From Candidatus Omnitrophota bacterium (GTDB lineage: Bacteria > Omnitrophota > Gorgyraeia > Gygaellales > Profunditerraquicolaceae): a stretch of DNA of 64,000 nt. Position 1 is the first letter of the stretch. Every line of letters starts with the position of its first letter. The stretch spans positions 140,766-204,765 of the forward strand of contig JAQURC010000001.1 of the NCBI GenBank assembly GCA_028715785.1, in the 5' to 3' direction. This document shows, piece by piece, positions 45,333-55,809 of this stretch. A program made the position numbers and the translations under genes. The notes below the pieces were generated by a model. It searched no databases, was not told the origin of the DNA, and saw nothing but the letters and a program-made list of their open reading frames with translations.

Positions 45333-47498
45333 TTATTCCGCTGCCGGTTTTTTCGGTAATTCTATAATAAAAGAAGTCCCTTTCATATATTCTGAAGTAA
45401 ACCAGATTTTGCCTTTATGATTTTCTTCTATAATCCTTTTTACTACGTAGGCCCCTATGCCTGAGCCGGATTTATAGGAAGTTTTGGTGGTAAAGAAAGG
45501 GGCAAACACCTTAGGTTTATCCTCTTCTTTTATACCTATGCCGTTATCCGATATTTTTATTATTTGATGGTCTTGCGTGCGCGTTAAGCTTAATTCTATC
45601 GCGGGAACAAAGGACTCCAGCTCTTTTGCGCTGCTCTGCATTTTTCTTTCCTTGATGGCTTCATAGGCATTATCCAGCAAATTATAGATAACTTCGGTTA
45701 ATTGCGATTTCACTCCGTATATCGCGTCTTCACTATCAATTTTTACACTAAGAGGCAGGGAGGCGGCTTCGTGTTTAAGCATTAAAAGCAGAGAGGAGAG
45801 TTCTATGGTTTCTTTAAAGGAAAAAATGCCGAAGAGATTTTCTTTTTTTTCTACTTTGGCAAAATCAAGGATCCCCTTGATGATACTGTCAGTCCTTTTT
45901 ACGTTATCCATGATGGAAACGGCTATTTCATCCAGGTACTTAAAAGTTTTGTCTAATTCCGGGTTGCTATTAATCAGCTTGGCATGTTTTGCCACGAAGC
46001 TTCTTCCCACGATTTTTATTTCTCCGCCTGCTAAGGAAAACAGGTTAAGCCTGTTTTTAATCTGGTGGGCAATGCCATCAGCCATGCCTCCAATCGAAGC
46101 AAGCTTCTCGGCGGCGAACATCCTTTGCTGCGAATCTTTTGATTCTTCAAAAAATATGCAGTTTTCAATGGCCAGCGCCGCCTGGCGCGAGAGGATCTTA
46201 AAGACATTGATATCTTCATTAGAATAAGGATGGGTGTTTATTTTCTCGCCTAGAAATACAAAGCCAAAAAGCTCCTCACCGATTAACACGGGGATAACTA
46301 TTTTGGATTTGGAAAGTATGTTTGAAGAACCTTTTATTTGTTCGGGCGCATTTTCGAAAAAAAAGTTTCCGTGGTTTTCCTTAAGGTAATCGATAAAAGG
46401 ATCGTCCATAGCGAAACTTTTAACGCATTCTCCGATATTGGATTCTCCGCGTATTGACTTTAGTTGATACAAATTGTTTTTTTTGTCTCTAATAAAAATC
46501 GCGCTAAAATTAAGCCTTATCGTGTTTTTCAGGGTAAAAACAATGCGTTTTGATAACCTGGCTAAATCATGTTCGGTAACCATGCCAACCGCGGCCCGCA
46601 AAAGTATCCTTTGATAACGGCGCTGTTGGGCTAAAATGGCTGATTCGGCTTTCATCTGCAGGAAACGGTAGACCAGCGGCCCTATTGTTGCGAAAATAAC
46701 CGCAAGAGAAGTAGCGAGTAATCCCGAACCCGTGCGCTTAAGCACGATAAACGGTATACCTAGAACAATAGTGTAGACGGCAAGAAATATGCCTGCGCGG
46801 GTAAAGATAATTTTGATATTCATAAGACGATATTTAATTATGGCATAACTGACAAAAGCTACGTAAATCGAAACCAGAGGGTTAAGAAATGGAGGAATTG
46901 GTAATCGATACCAGGGGAAATAATTAAATACACCGGCAGTATATCCTATAGCTGTCCCAATGAAAATATAAAGAATTTGATTTCTAAAAACGCCTGAATG
47001 GCGTTTAAGGGCACCTATCATCAAGATGTAAGAGTAAATAATATTACCAAGAAAGTGAATCAGGTGGAAATGGAAAACAGGCCCGGGTTTCAACCAATAA
47101 GGAAAAATAAGGAAAGGACCAAGATCTTTTGCAAATAATTGCGTATAAGCGGTACATCCGATGATAAGGCTGATAAGATAATTGACAAGGTTTATTCTTT
47201 TATTAAAATTTGGCTTAAGGAAAACTGATATAAAATGGGTGGAGGTAGCGGGCATGAATATTACAAATAACATTACGGTTCGCAGATAAAACTCAGCTAG
47301 GGAACTATTTTTGACGGTACTCAGCCATAAAAAATGAAAAAGCCCCCAGCCCGAAGCTACTAAGGTAAAAACAGCAAAGATTCTGTTGACAGGAGATTTT
47401 GGATTCTTGGAAAGGACAAAAATTGATAATACAAAAAGGGTGATAAAATTAAGCAGGCCAGATAACGCATAATAATTTAACGGGATATGTTCCAGCAT
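45333..47498 (-). CDS. Sensor histidine kinase with N-terminal multi-TM sensor, GAF-like domain, HisKA and HATPase_c
   Basis: About 7 TM helices. H-box AHQIKNRLN, G-box DNGIGI, GSGIGAYVV. Confidence 0.8.
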   Translation of the reverse strand: MLEHIPLNYYALSGLLNFITLFVLSIFVLSKNPKSPVNRIFAVFTLVASGWGLFHFLWLSTVKNSSLAEFYLRTVMLFVIFMPATSTHFISVFLKPNFNKRINLVNYLISLIIGCTAYTQLFAKDLGPFLIFPYWLKPGPVFHFHLIHFLGNIIYSYILMIGALKRHSGVFRNQILYIFIGTAIGYTAGVFNYFPWYRLPIPPFLNPLVSIYVAFVSYAIIKYRLMNIKIIFTRAGIFLAVYTIVLGIPFIVLKRTGSGLLATSLAVIFATIGPLVYRFLQMKAESAILAQQRRYQRILLRAAVGMVTEHDLARLSKRIVFTLKNTIRLNFSAIFIRDKKNNLYQLKSIRGESNIGECVKSFAMDDPFIDYLKENHGNFFFENAPEQIKGSSNILSKSKIVIPVLIGEELFGFVFLGEKINTHPYSNEDINVFKILSRQAALAIENCIFFEESKDSQQRMFAAEKLASIGGMADGIAHQIKNRLNLFSLAGGEIKIVGRSFVAKHAKLINSNPELDKTFKYLDEIAVSIMDNVKRTDSIIKGILDFAKVEKKENLFGIFSFKETIELSSLLLMLKHEAASLPLSVKIDSEDAIYGVKSQLTEVIYNLLDNAYEAIKERKMQSSAKELESFVPAIELSLTRTQDHQIIKISDNGIGIKEEDKPKVFAPFFTTKTSYKSGSGIGAYVVKRIIEENHKGKIWFTSEYMKGTSFIIELPKKPAAE

Positions 47499-47503
47499 CT
47501 AAA

Positions 47504-48880
47504 TTAAATTTTCGTTAACGTAAGAAAGAAAATTGTCCCTGTGCCTTCTTTTTCAATCTTCAAGGAATATTTATCCGAACCCAATTCCTTAGTGGCATTA
47601 ATTAAATCCTCCCTACCTCTCTTAATAAAAGACCAATTAGATATCCATTCCGGGCCCAAAGAGGGAAATGTTATATCCTTATCTTTGTACGTAATAACCA
47701 GCATGCCTTTATCATTCAGCAACTGGAATAAGAAATGCAATAATTTCTTAAATATCCTGTCTGGTAAATATTCAGTTAAGCCAAGAATGTAAATGATGTC
47801 TTGCTTGCCTATGAGATCACGGTACTTAGCATTTTTAGAGATATCCAAAACATTTTCATGCAAAAATCTTGTTTCAATATTTGAGGGCAGATTATTCAGA
47901 GCTGACTCGGAGAATTTTAAAGCATCTTTATCATTATCAAGGCCGGTAAAAATTATCTTTTTCCCAGATATTTCCGATAAAAGAAGCGGATCGGAAAACA
48001 ACTCCCTTATATCTCTACTCGGGCCACAGGCTATATTTAGCATTCTGATAGTAGATAAATTACTATTTTCCATAAAATCCTGTAAGATATTTTTCATTTT
48101 ATTTTTGCGAGCTCTGGCAGCCATAGCGTATTCACTGTTCAAAAAATATCTATCGCCATAGAAACCGAAACTTTTATTTTCTGCTAACGGTTTATTATTA
48201 TAAATTATCTCAAAGAGTTCAAAATCCCCGGGATACCCCCGTGGCCTATCGTAAGCCATTTTTATAACGGGGCTTTTATAAAACCAACAGCCGGTTATCT
48301 CCCTAAATATTTGTTTTGTCTTTTTCATATGAATATTACTATCGACTATCTTCTCTAAGGCCTCCCCCTTAAGAAGGAATTCATTGCTAAGCGTAACTAG
48401 TTTTTTTTCTGCCTCTTCCGATTCAATTTTTCCTTCGCCTGTTTCCTGAGCCAGCGCAGATAAATTTTCGTGGTGCTGTCTAATATCCTTATTAAAGAAA
48501 TCCTCTATTTTTATTTTTAAATTTTCATCTTTGATGTCAGCGCTGGCCTTTTTTGCGAAGCTATCAAATATAAAATCTCTTGTTTGAAGTAAGTGATTTT
48601 TATCTAATAAGGAAAACCGTGCCCCAAATTGAGATTTATTCCCTGGCAGGATTTTATGCCAGACTACTTTCGCAGAGATTTTAGTAGGTTGTTTAGGTTT
48701 GGGAGATATTAAATTCATTAACAGCGAAATATTTTCGGGTAATACCGGTTTTTCACAATCAAAGCATATACCTGTTTCACTAATATTAAGGACATTAGCT
48801 TCTGCGTCGGGGAATAATCTGATAGGAAAATTTACTGCTATTCTCGGGGAGTATCTATTATCTACTTGTGATAGCATCAA
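47504..48880 (-). CDS. PilZ-domain protein fused to a putative class-I SAM-dependent methyltransferase-like domain
   Basis: N-terminal PilZ motifs (RYSPRIAV...NISETGI). C-terminal MLNIACGPSRD resembles a SAM motif I. Confidence 0.45.
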   Translation of the reverse strand: MMLSQVDNRYSPRIAVNFPIRLFPDAEANVLNISETGICFDCEKPVLPENISLLMNLISPKPKQPTKISAKVVWHKILPGNKSQFGARFSLLDKNHLLQTRDFIFDSFAKKASADIKDENLKIKIEDFFNKDIRQHHENLSALAQETGEGKIESEEAEKKLVTLSNEFLLKGEALEKIVDSNIHMKKTKQIFREITGCWFYKSPVIKMAYDRPRGYPGDFELFEIIYNNKPLAENKSFGFYGDRYFLNSEYAMAARARKNKMKNILQDFMENSNLSTIRMLNIACGPSRDIRELFSDPLLLSEISGKKIIFTGLDNDKDALKFSESALNNLPSNIETRFLHENVLDISKNAKYRDLIGKQDIIYILGLTEYLPDRIFKKLLHFLFQLLNDKGMLVITYKDKDITFPSLGPEWISNWSFIKRGREDLINATKELGSDKYSLKIEKEGTGTIFFLTLTKI

Positions 48881-48943
48881 AGCACCTCCTTAGGTTATAT
48901 TTGTTGCTATGTTAATAGGATCTCTTTTTACCTCCATTATTTT

Positions 48944-50266
48944 TTAAAGTTTAAAGGTCAAAGTCAAGAGGTAGACATTGATAAATGTATCGTATTTCCC
49001 GTTAATATTTGCACCGCTTGATGAACCTACGGCATTATTGATTTTTCTTTGGTTATAAAACATTGCCGCATACGCGAAATCAAGGCTTAAATTTTTATTG
49101 ATCTGATACCCCGTTCCCAGGGTCAGAGAATTTGAAGTGGAATCCGGTAAAGCGGTATCGAAAGTTCCCTCGGGTATGGGTGTTTTATGGAAAAAATAGC
49201 CCGCCCTTAGTTTCCAGTTGTCATTAACTTTGTATTCTGTCCCGAAAGCCCAAGACAAAACAGCCCGCCAATCCCTTTGAACAGGATTGCCGGCATTTAA
49301 AACAGCCAGCCGCGCGGCATCTGTTTCCGACGGATAATCAATCTGTTCTTTATCTACTGAAGACCAATCCATCCACTCTATGTCGGCCTCAAACCGCCAT
49401 TTGTCATCCGGCTTAAAACAATAGCCCAGTAATATGCTCTGCGGCAATCTTGATTTTGTAGACATATCGGTTTCATAAGAAGCTCCTCCGAAAGTGCTTT
49501 GATAGGTGCCGTTCAAGTCATTAAGATAAACCTTGCCTTTATACGTTAAATCCACAGCGCTGCGGTACATCAGCCCAAAAGAATGGTTTTTATTAAGCTT
49601 ATATAGCGTAGATAGCCTGTAGCCCCAGGCATTATTATCTCTCCCTTTTAGCTGGAAATCTCCGTCGGCTCCGCCCCAGGAGGCCTGGTTGAGTTTTTTC
49701 TTTTTATTTGCCAGGGCTTTTGTATAATCCAGGCCTGCGCCCACAGAAATATTATCATTTATTTCATATGCCGCGGTAAGCATAACATCCTGCGTGATTA
49801 CATCGCTTTTCGTAGCCACGTATTTTGAGAAACTATCTTCCGCCCAATAAGTCCCTAAGCCCCAATAAGAAGTTGCGCCCAGGCCAAAGGAAAATTTTTC
49901 CAGGCCAAAGTCGCTTACGACAAAACCGTTAGGAATTGTAAATACCTGCCTGCGCCTGTCTGTTTGGTTTCCGGCAGTATCTTCATAAGTGCAAAATGGC
50001 TGGACTACGGAAGCGCCCACGGAAACATACGTTTTTCCTTTTAACTGGGTAAGGCCGGCGGGATTATAGTAAATAGCCGAAGGATTATCCGCCTGCGCCA
50101 CGAAAGCAGAGCCTTTTCCCAAGGCTTCAGCGTCCGGGACCTCAAGGCGATACGCTCCTGAACCGGCAGAATAGGCATTTTTTAGAGGAAAGGTTAATGC
50201 CAACCCGAGCAAAAAGATAACTACTATCTTTTTCGTTTTTATGCTCATTATTTTGGTTTTGAGCAT
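48944..50266 (-). CDS. fadL: FadL/TodX-family outer-membrane hydrophobic-compound transporter
   Basis: Signal peptide, AIYYNPAGL motif, a beta-barrel with a C-terminal aromatic residue (..LTFKL). Confidence 0.75.
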   Translation of the reverse strand: MLKTKIMSIKTKKIVVIFLLGLALTFPLKNAYSAGSGAYRLEVPDAEALGKGSAFVAQADNPSAIYYNPAGLTQLKGKTYVSVGASVVQPFCTYEDTAGNQTDRRRQVFTIPNGFVVSDFGLEKFSFGLGATSYWGLGTYWAEDSFSKYVATKSDVITQDVMLTAAYEINDNISVGAGLDYTKALANKKKKLNQASWGGADGDFQLKGRDNNAWGYRLSTLYKLNKNHSFGLMYRSAVDLTYKGKVYLNDLNGTYQSTFGGASYETDMSTKSRLPQSILLGYCFKPDDKWRFEADIEWMDWSSVDKEQIDYPSETDAARLAVLNAGNPVQRDWRAVLSWAFGTEYKVNDNWKLRAGYFFHKTPIPEGTFDTALPDSTSNSLTLGTGYQINKNLSLDFAYAAMFYNQRKINNAVGSSSGANINGKYDTFINVYLLTLTFKL

Positions 50267-50456
50267 GGAACATCATGCCATTGTTAAAGTTGCGGAATTT
50301 ATTTTCAGCAAAACTTACAAAAATCATTATAATCGATTTCTTAGGTTTGTCCACGGTTTTTTTTATTTAACTATAAGAAAACAGGAGAGTTAGGAGAGTT
50401 AAGAATTGACTTTTATATGTTAAGGTGGTATTATTTATTCAAAACGGGGAGGGGGG

Positions 50457-50849
50457 ATGGGAAAGAATAAGATTATGATTATTGATGACGAGAGCGGCGC
50501 CGTTGATTTATTAAAACACCGCCTGGAAAGCGAAGGTTATCAGGTGTTTGCGTTGTCGGATGCCAAAGAAGTTATTTCTGAACTTCATAGTTTTGTTCCG
50601 GATTTGATAATATTGGATTTGTTGATGCCGGAATATGGGGGATTGGATGTCTGCGAGATGTTGAATAAAGAACCCCTGGGGTTAAACACGCCGATTATCG
50701 TCGTAAGCGGTTTGAATAAAGATACCGATAAAAAGAAAGCTTATAGCCTGGGGATAGAGGAATATTTTGTAAAACCTGTTGACATGAATGTTTTGTTGGC
50801 GGCAATTAAGAAGCTCATAAAGAATAAGCATGATACAGCCGAAAATTAA
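50457..50849 (+). CDS. Single-domain response regulator (CheY-like)
   Basis: IMIIDDE..., DLLMPEYGG, conserved K. Confidence 0.75.
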   Translation: MGKNKIMIIDDESGAVDLLKHRLESEGYQVFALSDAKEVISELHSFVPDLIILDLLMPEYGGLDVCEMLNKEPLGLNTPIIVVSGLNKDTDKKKAYSLGIEEYFVKPVDMNVLLAAIKKLIKNKHDTAEN

Positions 50850-51972
50850 AATACTCTTGCCAATAATTTTTACAACGCTTATAATCGCCGGATTTTTTCT
50901 TGCGCAAGGATTCATTTCTAATTTGTCAAGATCCTTGGCTAAAGATAAACTTGCCCCGAAAGAATTAAAAGAAGCATTATATTGGCAGGAGGCCGGCGAA
51001 GGCAAGGTGCAGTGTTTTTTATGCCCCAGGCGATGTTTGATACCTTTGGGCCAGCGGGGTTTTTGCCGCGCAAGAAAGAATATCAAAGGCAAGCTCTATG
51101 CCTTAACTTACGGCCAGCCCGTGGCCATACATATCGACCCGGTAGAGAAGAAGCCGCTTTTTCATGTTTACCCGGGGACAAGATCTTTTTCCATTGCTAC
51201 CGCCGGATGCAATTTAAGATGCAAGTTTTGCCAGAACTGGGAAATTTCCCAGATGGATCCGGAAACAGTGAAAACGGTTTATGTTTTGCCGCAGGATATC
51301 GTAAGAGAGGCCAAGCAGAGCGGTTCAAAGACAATAGCTTTTACTTACACCGAGCCGGTGATCTTCTATGAATATATGCTTGATATCGCCAAACTGGCCA
51401 AAAAGGAGGGCATTGCCTGCGTTATGCATTCGGCGGGTTTTGTTAATGAGGAGCCCCTGCGCCAGCTGTCCAAATACTTAACCGCCGCAAATATCGACCT
51501 GAAAGGTTTTAGCGATAAATATTATTCCTCTTTTTGCGAAGGCAATTTAACCAGCGTCCTTAATTCTCTTAAGGTATTAAAAGAGGAAAAAGTCTGGGTG
51601 GAGGTAACCAATCTTATCATCCCTTCCGCCAATGATTCCGACGAAGATATCGGCAATCTTTGTTCATGGGTAAAAGATAACCTGGGCCCGGATACCCCGG
51701 TGCATTTCTCCAGGTTCTTCCCGATGTATAAGCTGGTGGATTTGTCTCCTACTCCGCTTAAAACATTAATCCGCGCAAAAGAGATCGCTAAAAAAACAGG
51801 ATTACATTATGTATACATCGGCAATGTCCCGGAAAATTTAGGAGAAGATACAATTTGCCCCGTATGCGCCAAACTTCTGGTTAAGCGCGCAGGCTATACC
51901 ATATTGGAGAATAATGTTATTAAAGGTAAGTGCAGATTCTGCGGCGCTAAGATCCCCGGAGCATGGGATTAG
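50830..51972 (+). CDS. AmmeMemoRadiSam-system-type radical SAM enzyme
   Basis: GCNLRCKFCQNWEIS (CxxxCxxCQN) signature, N-terminal TM segment. Overlaps the response-regulator 3' end. Confidence 0.7.
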   Translation: MIQPKIKILLPIIFTTLIIAGFFLAQGFISNLSRSLAKDKLAPKELKEALYWQEAGEGKVQCFLCPRRCLIPLGQRGFCRARKNIKGKLYALTYGQPVAIHIDPVEKKPLFHVYPGTRSFSIATAGCNLRCKFCQNWEISQMDPETVKTVYVLPQDIVREAKQSGSKTIAFTYTEPVIFYEYMLDIAKLAKKEGIACVMHSAGFVNEEPLRQLSKYLTAANIDLKGFSDKYYSSFCEGNLTSVLNSLKVLKEEKVWVEVTNLIIPSANDSDEDIGNLCSWVKDNLGPDTPVHFSRFFPMYKLVDLSPTPLKTLIRAKEIAKKTGLHYVYIGNVPENLGEDTICPVCAKLLVKRAGYTILENNVIKGKCRFCGAKIPGAWD

Positions 51973-54080
51973 CCGCGCAGGTTTTTCAGGGCAAAAATCG
52001 CGTTGAAGAAGATTAAGGCCAGAAGGCTATGCGGTATCCCCAGAAATGGTATAAGCAGTATCCCGCTTACGATTGTCCCCAGGAATGCTCCGATTAAATC
52101 CGCTGAATAGATAGTCATAGCTAAGTTTTTATCGTCAAATTTATTTTTAAGCAGGCTTTGCGCCAGGAGCGGATAGGAACTGCCGGTAAGGAAGCCGCAG
52201 ATCAGGGAGTAGAGATAGAAGATAAGCTCGGCGTAACCAACCTTTGCGATTATTTTCAGGTTCCAAAATAAAATAAAGACCGAGATCATCCAGAAGAGAT
52301 AAAGCCCCGAGAGCATGCCGGCACGATAGGTTTTAATTGTATTTAAGAGGAATGTCCCGATGCCAAGGGCGGCCATAAACAAGGCGATTAATAAGCCTAG
52401 CTTCCAAAACAAAGCCCCGCAATAAAGCTGGAATAACACAAAGATTATCGAACTAAAGCTGATCGAGGTAAATCCGACCATCCCGGTATTTAAGAAGCAG
52501 GAGATTTTTTTAAAAAGATAGCCGAAAATCATTATCAACGCTGCCAAAAACAAAAGAGACGCGGTTATGCCTGAGCGCATTTTCTTGAAATCTATTTTGA
52601 GGTTAGGATAAAACTTGATTTGTTCCAGGATAAGATAATTAAGGAAACCCGACGGGTTAAGGTCGGTATTTGCCGGAATATTTCTATCCAGCATGCTTTC
52701 TGTGTAACCGCGCATCGCAGGGTCAAGATAGTCTTTAAAATGATAGATTGTGAAAAAAATAGTCCGGGGGTTTGCCTTGGCAAAATTATCCAGCAGATCA
52801 CCGGCATTGATTTTTTGCCCCCCGGAAGCGATTATGATCATGGAATCCGAAGGGATAACAAATCTATTCGTAAATACCCTGTCTATGGCATTGATTATGC
52901 TGGAGTCAAATCTGGCAAATTGCGGGCTTAGTATCTCTCTTTTAGAAGGGATGGTAAATGAAAATACGCCTTTTGGTTTCAGGCGCCCGGGAATAAGTTT
53001 GAAAAAATCTTCGGTGAAATAGCGGTTTAAGGCCAGGTTAACCGGCGCGGGCATATTCATTAAAATAGCGTCATATTGCCTGTTTGCGTTCTTAAGGTAT
53101 AGGCGGGGATCATCGGTAATAAAATTAACCTTGTTTTTCAACCCCGCAGGCGACCTCTTTTGCGCAAGTTTTGAGATCAGCGGGTTTATCTGCAGGCAAT
53201 CCAGCGAGTTTAATTTATATTTAGCTATTTCTCCCACCTGCCCGGAGAGGGCCGCGCCGATAAAGAGGATATCTTTATTAACTAAGGGGTTGGTCGCGGA
53301 CAAGCTCATGTGGATGAATTCTTCATTGGCGGATTTATCTTCGCTTGTAACTAAAGAGGACCCTCCTGAAAATAATGTGGTTGCCCCTGCCTTATAGGCG
53401 GTGATAACCGGCCCGTAGCTGGAGCCAAGATTTGCCAGGATATCAGAGCCAGCGAATTCTTTCCTAAGAATAGGGTTAAAACTTACTGCGGAGATTATGG
53501 TTATGATAATGATGAGGCAGGCCGGCAGGATTTTTTTATAGTGATTTTTAATGGCGGGCAATAAAATCAGCGGTGATAACGAGAAAATCAACGGGTTTGT
53601 ATAATCGATAAAGCAAAAAGTAAAAGCGATGCCTCCTAAGAAAAAGCCTGCTGCCTCAAAGGCAAAGAACTTGGCGTAGATATCTTTTTGCGTCTGATTG
53701 CCTTTTAGGTATTCCTGCACAAAATGCCTGAAGGCAAGGCCGATGGTAAAAGCAGTTGGCCCGATCAGGATAATACTTAAAAATAATACAAGGCCAAGGC
53801 TCGCTGCGTCATAATATTTTAATCCTGCCAGTGATTTTGCCAGGTGGATCAGGCATATGGAAAGCGCAAAAGACAGGGAGGCCAGGATAGAGAGCGTTAT
53901 TGTGCGCAGTTTTTTAGAAGTTTTGAGGATACTGCCTAAGGAGCAAAAAATAATCCAGAAACCCACGGCGACCACAAAGGCCAGCTCGTTTTTGGCGATG
54001 GAGAAGCTGAATTCGCGCAAGATGACCAGCTGGAATATTGCGGCAATTATCCCTAAGGGTATGAAGATAATCATAGACAA
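51969..54080 (-). CDS. Fused multi-TM (MFS-like) / spermidine-synthase-family protein
   Basis: 703 aa. About 8 N-terminal TM helices, a central aminopropyltransferase-like Rossmann domain (DILFIGAALSGQ..., DAILMNMPAP), C-terminal TM helices. Confidence 0.6.
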   Translation of the reverse strand: MSMIIFIPLGIIAAIFQLVILREFSFSIAKNELAFVVAVGFWIIFCSLGSILKTSKKLRTITLSILASLSFALSICLIHLAKSLAGLKYYDAASLGLVLFLSIILIGPTAFTIGLAFRHFVQEYLKGNQTQKDIYAKFFAFEAAGFFLGGIAFTFCFIDYTNPLIFSLSPLILLPAIKNHYKKILPACLIIIITIISAVSFNPILRKEFAGSDILANLGSSYGPVITAYKAGATTLFSGGSSLVTSEDKSANEEFIHMSLSATNPLVNKDILFIGAALSGQVGEIAKYKLNSLDCLQINPLISKLAQKRSPAGLKNKVNFITDDPRLYLKNANRQYDAILMNMPAPVNLALNRYFTEDFFKLIPGRLKPKGVFSFTIPSKREILSPQFARFDSSIINAIDRVFTNRFVIPSDSMIIIASGGQKINAGDLLDNFAKANPRTIFFTIYHFKDYLDPAMRGYTESMLDRNIPANTDLNPSGFLNYLILEQIKFYPNLKIDFKKMRSGITASLLFLAALIMIFGYLFKKISCFLNTGMVGFTSISFSSIIFVLFQLYCGALFWKLGLLIALFMAALGIGTFLLNTIKTYRAGMLSGLYLFWMISVFILFWNLKIIAKVGYAELIFYLYSLICGFLTGSSYPLLAQSLLKNKFDDKNLAMTIYSADLIGAFLGTIVSGILLIPFLGIPHSLLALIFFNAIFALKNLRG

Positions 54081-54111
54081 TCTTTCCTTTTCTTATTATA
54101 TTAATCCCAAG

Positions 54112-54759
54112 ATGAATGAAAGTCTATATTATTTATTTTTAAGCGGCTTGATCCTTGGATCAGGCCCTTGTTTAAGCTTTTGCGCGCCGATTTTGATCAG
54201 TTTTACCGCCGCTTATAAACCGTCGCTAAAAGGGGCGCTGTTTTCCTATTTGTCTTTTTCTTCGGCCAAGCTGGCCAGTTATATGGTTATCGGAGCTTTA
54301 TGCGGCGTATTTTCCGGCATATTAAAAAGCGGTTTCTTTACGAACTACCTTAATATCATAAACATAACTTTAGGTTTTTTTATTTTACTCGTCGGTATTT
54401 TGACAATTATTTCCAAAGAACCGTTAAGCAGCAGGTATTGCGCGTTTCTCTCTAAAGGGAACTTAAGGAACGCCGGCATTCTGGGTTTCTTGGCGGGTTT
54501 TTCTCCCTGCTTTCCCCTTTTGGGCATCTTAAATTACATTATTATTATTTCTCACTCGCCGTTTCAAGGATTGTTTTATGCTTTTATCTTCGGGTTGGGG
54601 ACCAGCATCTCTCCGGTTGTCTTGTTGGTTGGGTTATCGGGCAGGCTTGCCGGTAATCTCTCGAGCAATAATAAAATTAAGGCATTAATTAGATTCGTCT
54701 CCAGCTTTATTTTGATCTATTTGGGGGCAGGAATAATTTTGCAGAGGTTTACGCGTTAG
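54112..54759 (+). CDS. Membrane protein with paired Pro-Cys motifs (CcdA/DsbD-like or related transporter fold)
   Basis: GSGPCLSFCAP and GFSPCFPLLG within TM helices. Start moved to the Met at 54112 to avoid overlap with the convergent gene. Confidence 0.4.
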   Translation: MNESLYYLFLSGLILGSGPCLSFCAPILISFTAAYKPSLKGALFSYLSFSSAKLASYMVIGALCGVFSGILKSGFFTNYLNIINITLGFFILLVGILTIISKEPLSSRYCAFLSKGNLRNAGILGFLAGFSPCFPLLGILNYIIIISHSPFQGLFYAFIFGLGTSISPVVLLVGLSGRLAGNLSSNNKIKALIRFVSSFILIYLGAGIILQRFTR

Positions 54760-54848
54760 CAAAACTTATGGATTGACAATGAGGCAGTAACATTGTAATA
54801 TGTTGTAGCGACGGGAGCTAGAGAAAATTTGCCGGCTAAAAAGAGGCA

Positions 54849-55241
54849 GTGATGGCAGAGGAAAAGATCATAAAATCAAGACGCCGAGGTTTTTCATTAA
54901 TTGAATTGATGTTTGGTGTTGTTGTTTTATTGGTTACGATTATCGCCGCCCTCTCTTCGACTATTAACTCTATGTTCCTGAATGAATCCAGCAGGAACAT
55001 TGTCACCGCAGCCAATGATGCGCAGTATGTGTTGGAGTTGATAAAAACGCAGAGTTTCGGTAATATCCCGGCCTATGTTTCAGGTTTTTCTCCTACGAAA
55101 TTCAATAATTTATCGGCAGAGACAGTTACTTTCCCCGGGCCTGTATATACCGCCAATCTGGATACAATAACCGTGAACATTACTTGGAATGAGAGAAATG
55201 CTGCCAAAACCTTCTCGATTACTACGCGTTTTGCGCAATAA
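54849..55241 (+). CDS. Type IV pilin-like / pseudopilin (prepilin N-terminal methylation motif)
   Basis: RRGFSLIELMFGVVVLLV, a class III signal-peptide cleavage motif. Confidence 0.65.
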   Translation: MMAEEKIIKSRRRGFSLIELMFGVVVLLVTIIAALSSTINSMFLNESSRNIVTAANDAQYVLELIKTQSFGNIPAYVSGFSPTKFNNLSAETVTFPGPVYTANLDTITVNITWNERNAAKTFSITTRFAQ

Positions 55242-55809
55242 CAATAAGTTAAGAGGTTTTACCCTGATGGAAACGCTCTTTGTCGCCCTTATTTTAGGCG
55301 TGATTATCGGGGTATTCTTTTACGCTGAAAACGCAGTGCAGCATTCTTTTAACTTAAGCTCGGCAAGAGGCAGCCTCCAGTCGGAAGTGAGGCGGACAAT
55401 TAGCTGGATAATCAAGGATACCCGTCAGTCGGTTAGCTGGGATATAGCCAATAATAATCCTACCCCAAGTTATATTAAATTCAGGCAAGTTACCGGGTGG
55501 GATACAACCAACAGCACCTTATTATTAACTAATTATTATATAGAATATACCTATGATGCCGTTGATCATAAAATCACCCGTAGGACAAGCGACTTAAACA
55601 ATAATACTATAGGGTCATGGACTTTAAATAACGTAATCGCTGCGCCTTTTTTTACTGTAAATTCTTTGGGGGAGATTGTCCCGTTGAATAATGGCGACTT
55701 ACTTACCAGCAAGCAGTTAGTTATTGCTATATCCGGAAAGGACAAGGTGTTAGGTATGCCAGATACAACCTATAGCTTAACTGAAGAGGTGCAAATAAGA
55801 AATGGTTAA
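55231..55809 (+). CDS. Type IV pilin-like / pseudopilin
   Basis: ...KLRGFTLMETLFVALILGVIIG. Probable TTG start at 55231 giving a short leader; the track ORF starts at 55189. Confidence 0.55.
   Translation: MRNNNKLRGFTLMETLFVALILGVIIGVFFYAENAVQHSFNLSSARGSLQSEVRRTISWIIKDTRQSVSWDIANNNPTPSYIKFRQVTGWDTTNSTLLLTNYYIEYTYDAVDHKITRRTSDLNNNTIGSWTLNNVIAAPFFTVNSLGEIVPLNNGDLLTSKQLVIAISGKDKVLGMPDTTYSLTEEVQIRNG

Noticed and set aside
45805-46227. 140-aa plus-strand ORF
   Set aside because: Antisense to the histidine-kinase gene. No ribosome-binding site.
52592-53397. Several 70–100-aa ORFs on both strands inside 51969..54080
   Set aside because: All are internal to the 703-aa spermidine-synthase-fusion gene, which has coherent TM and Rossmann architecture.
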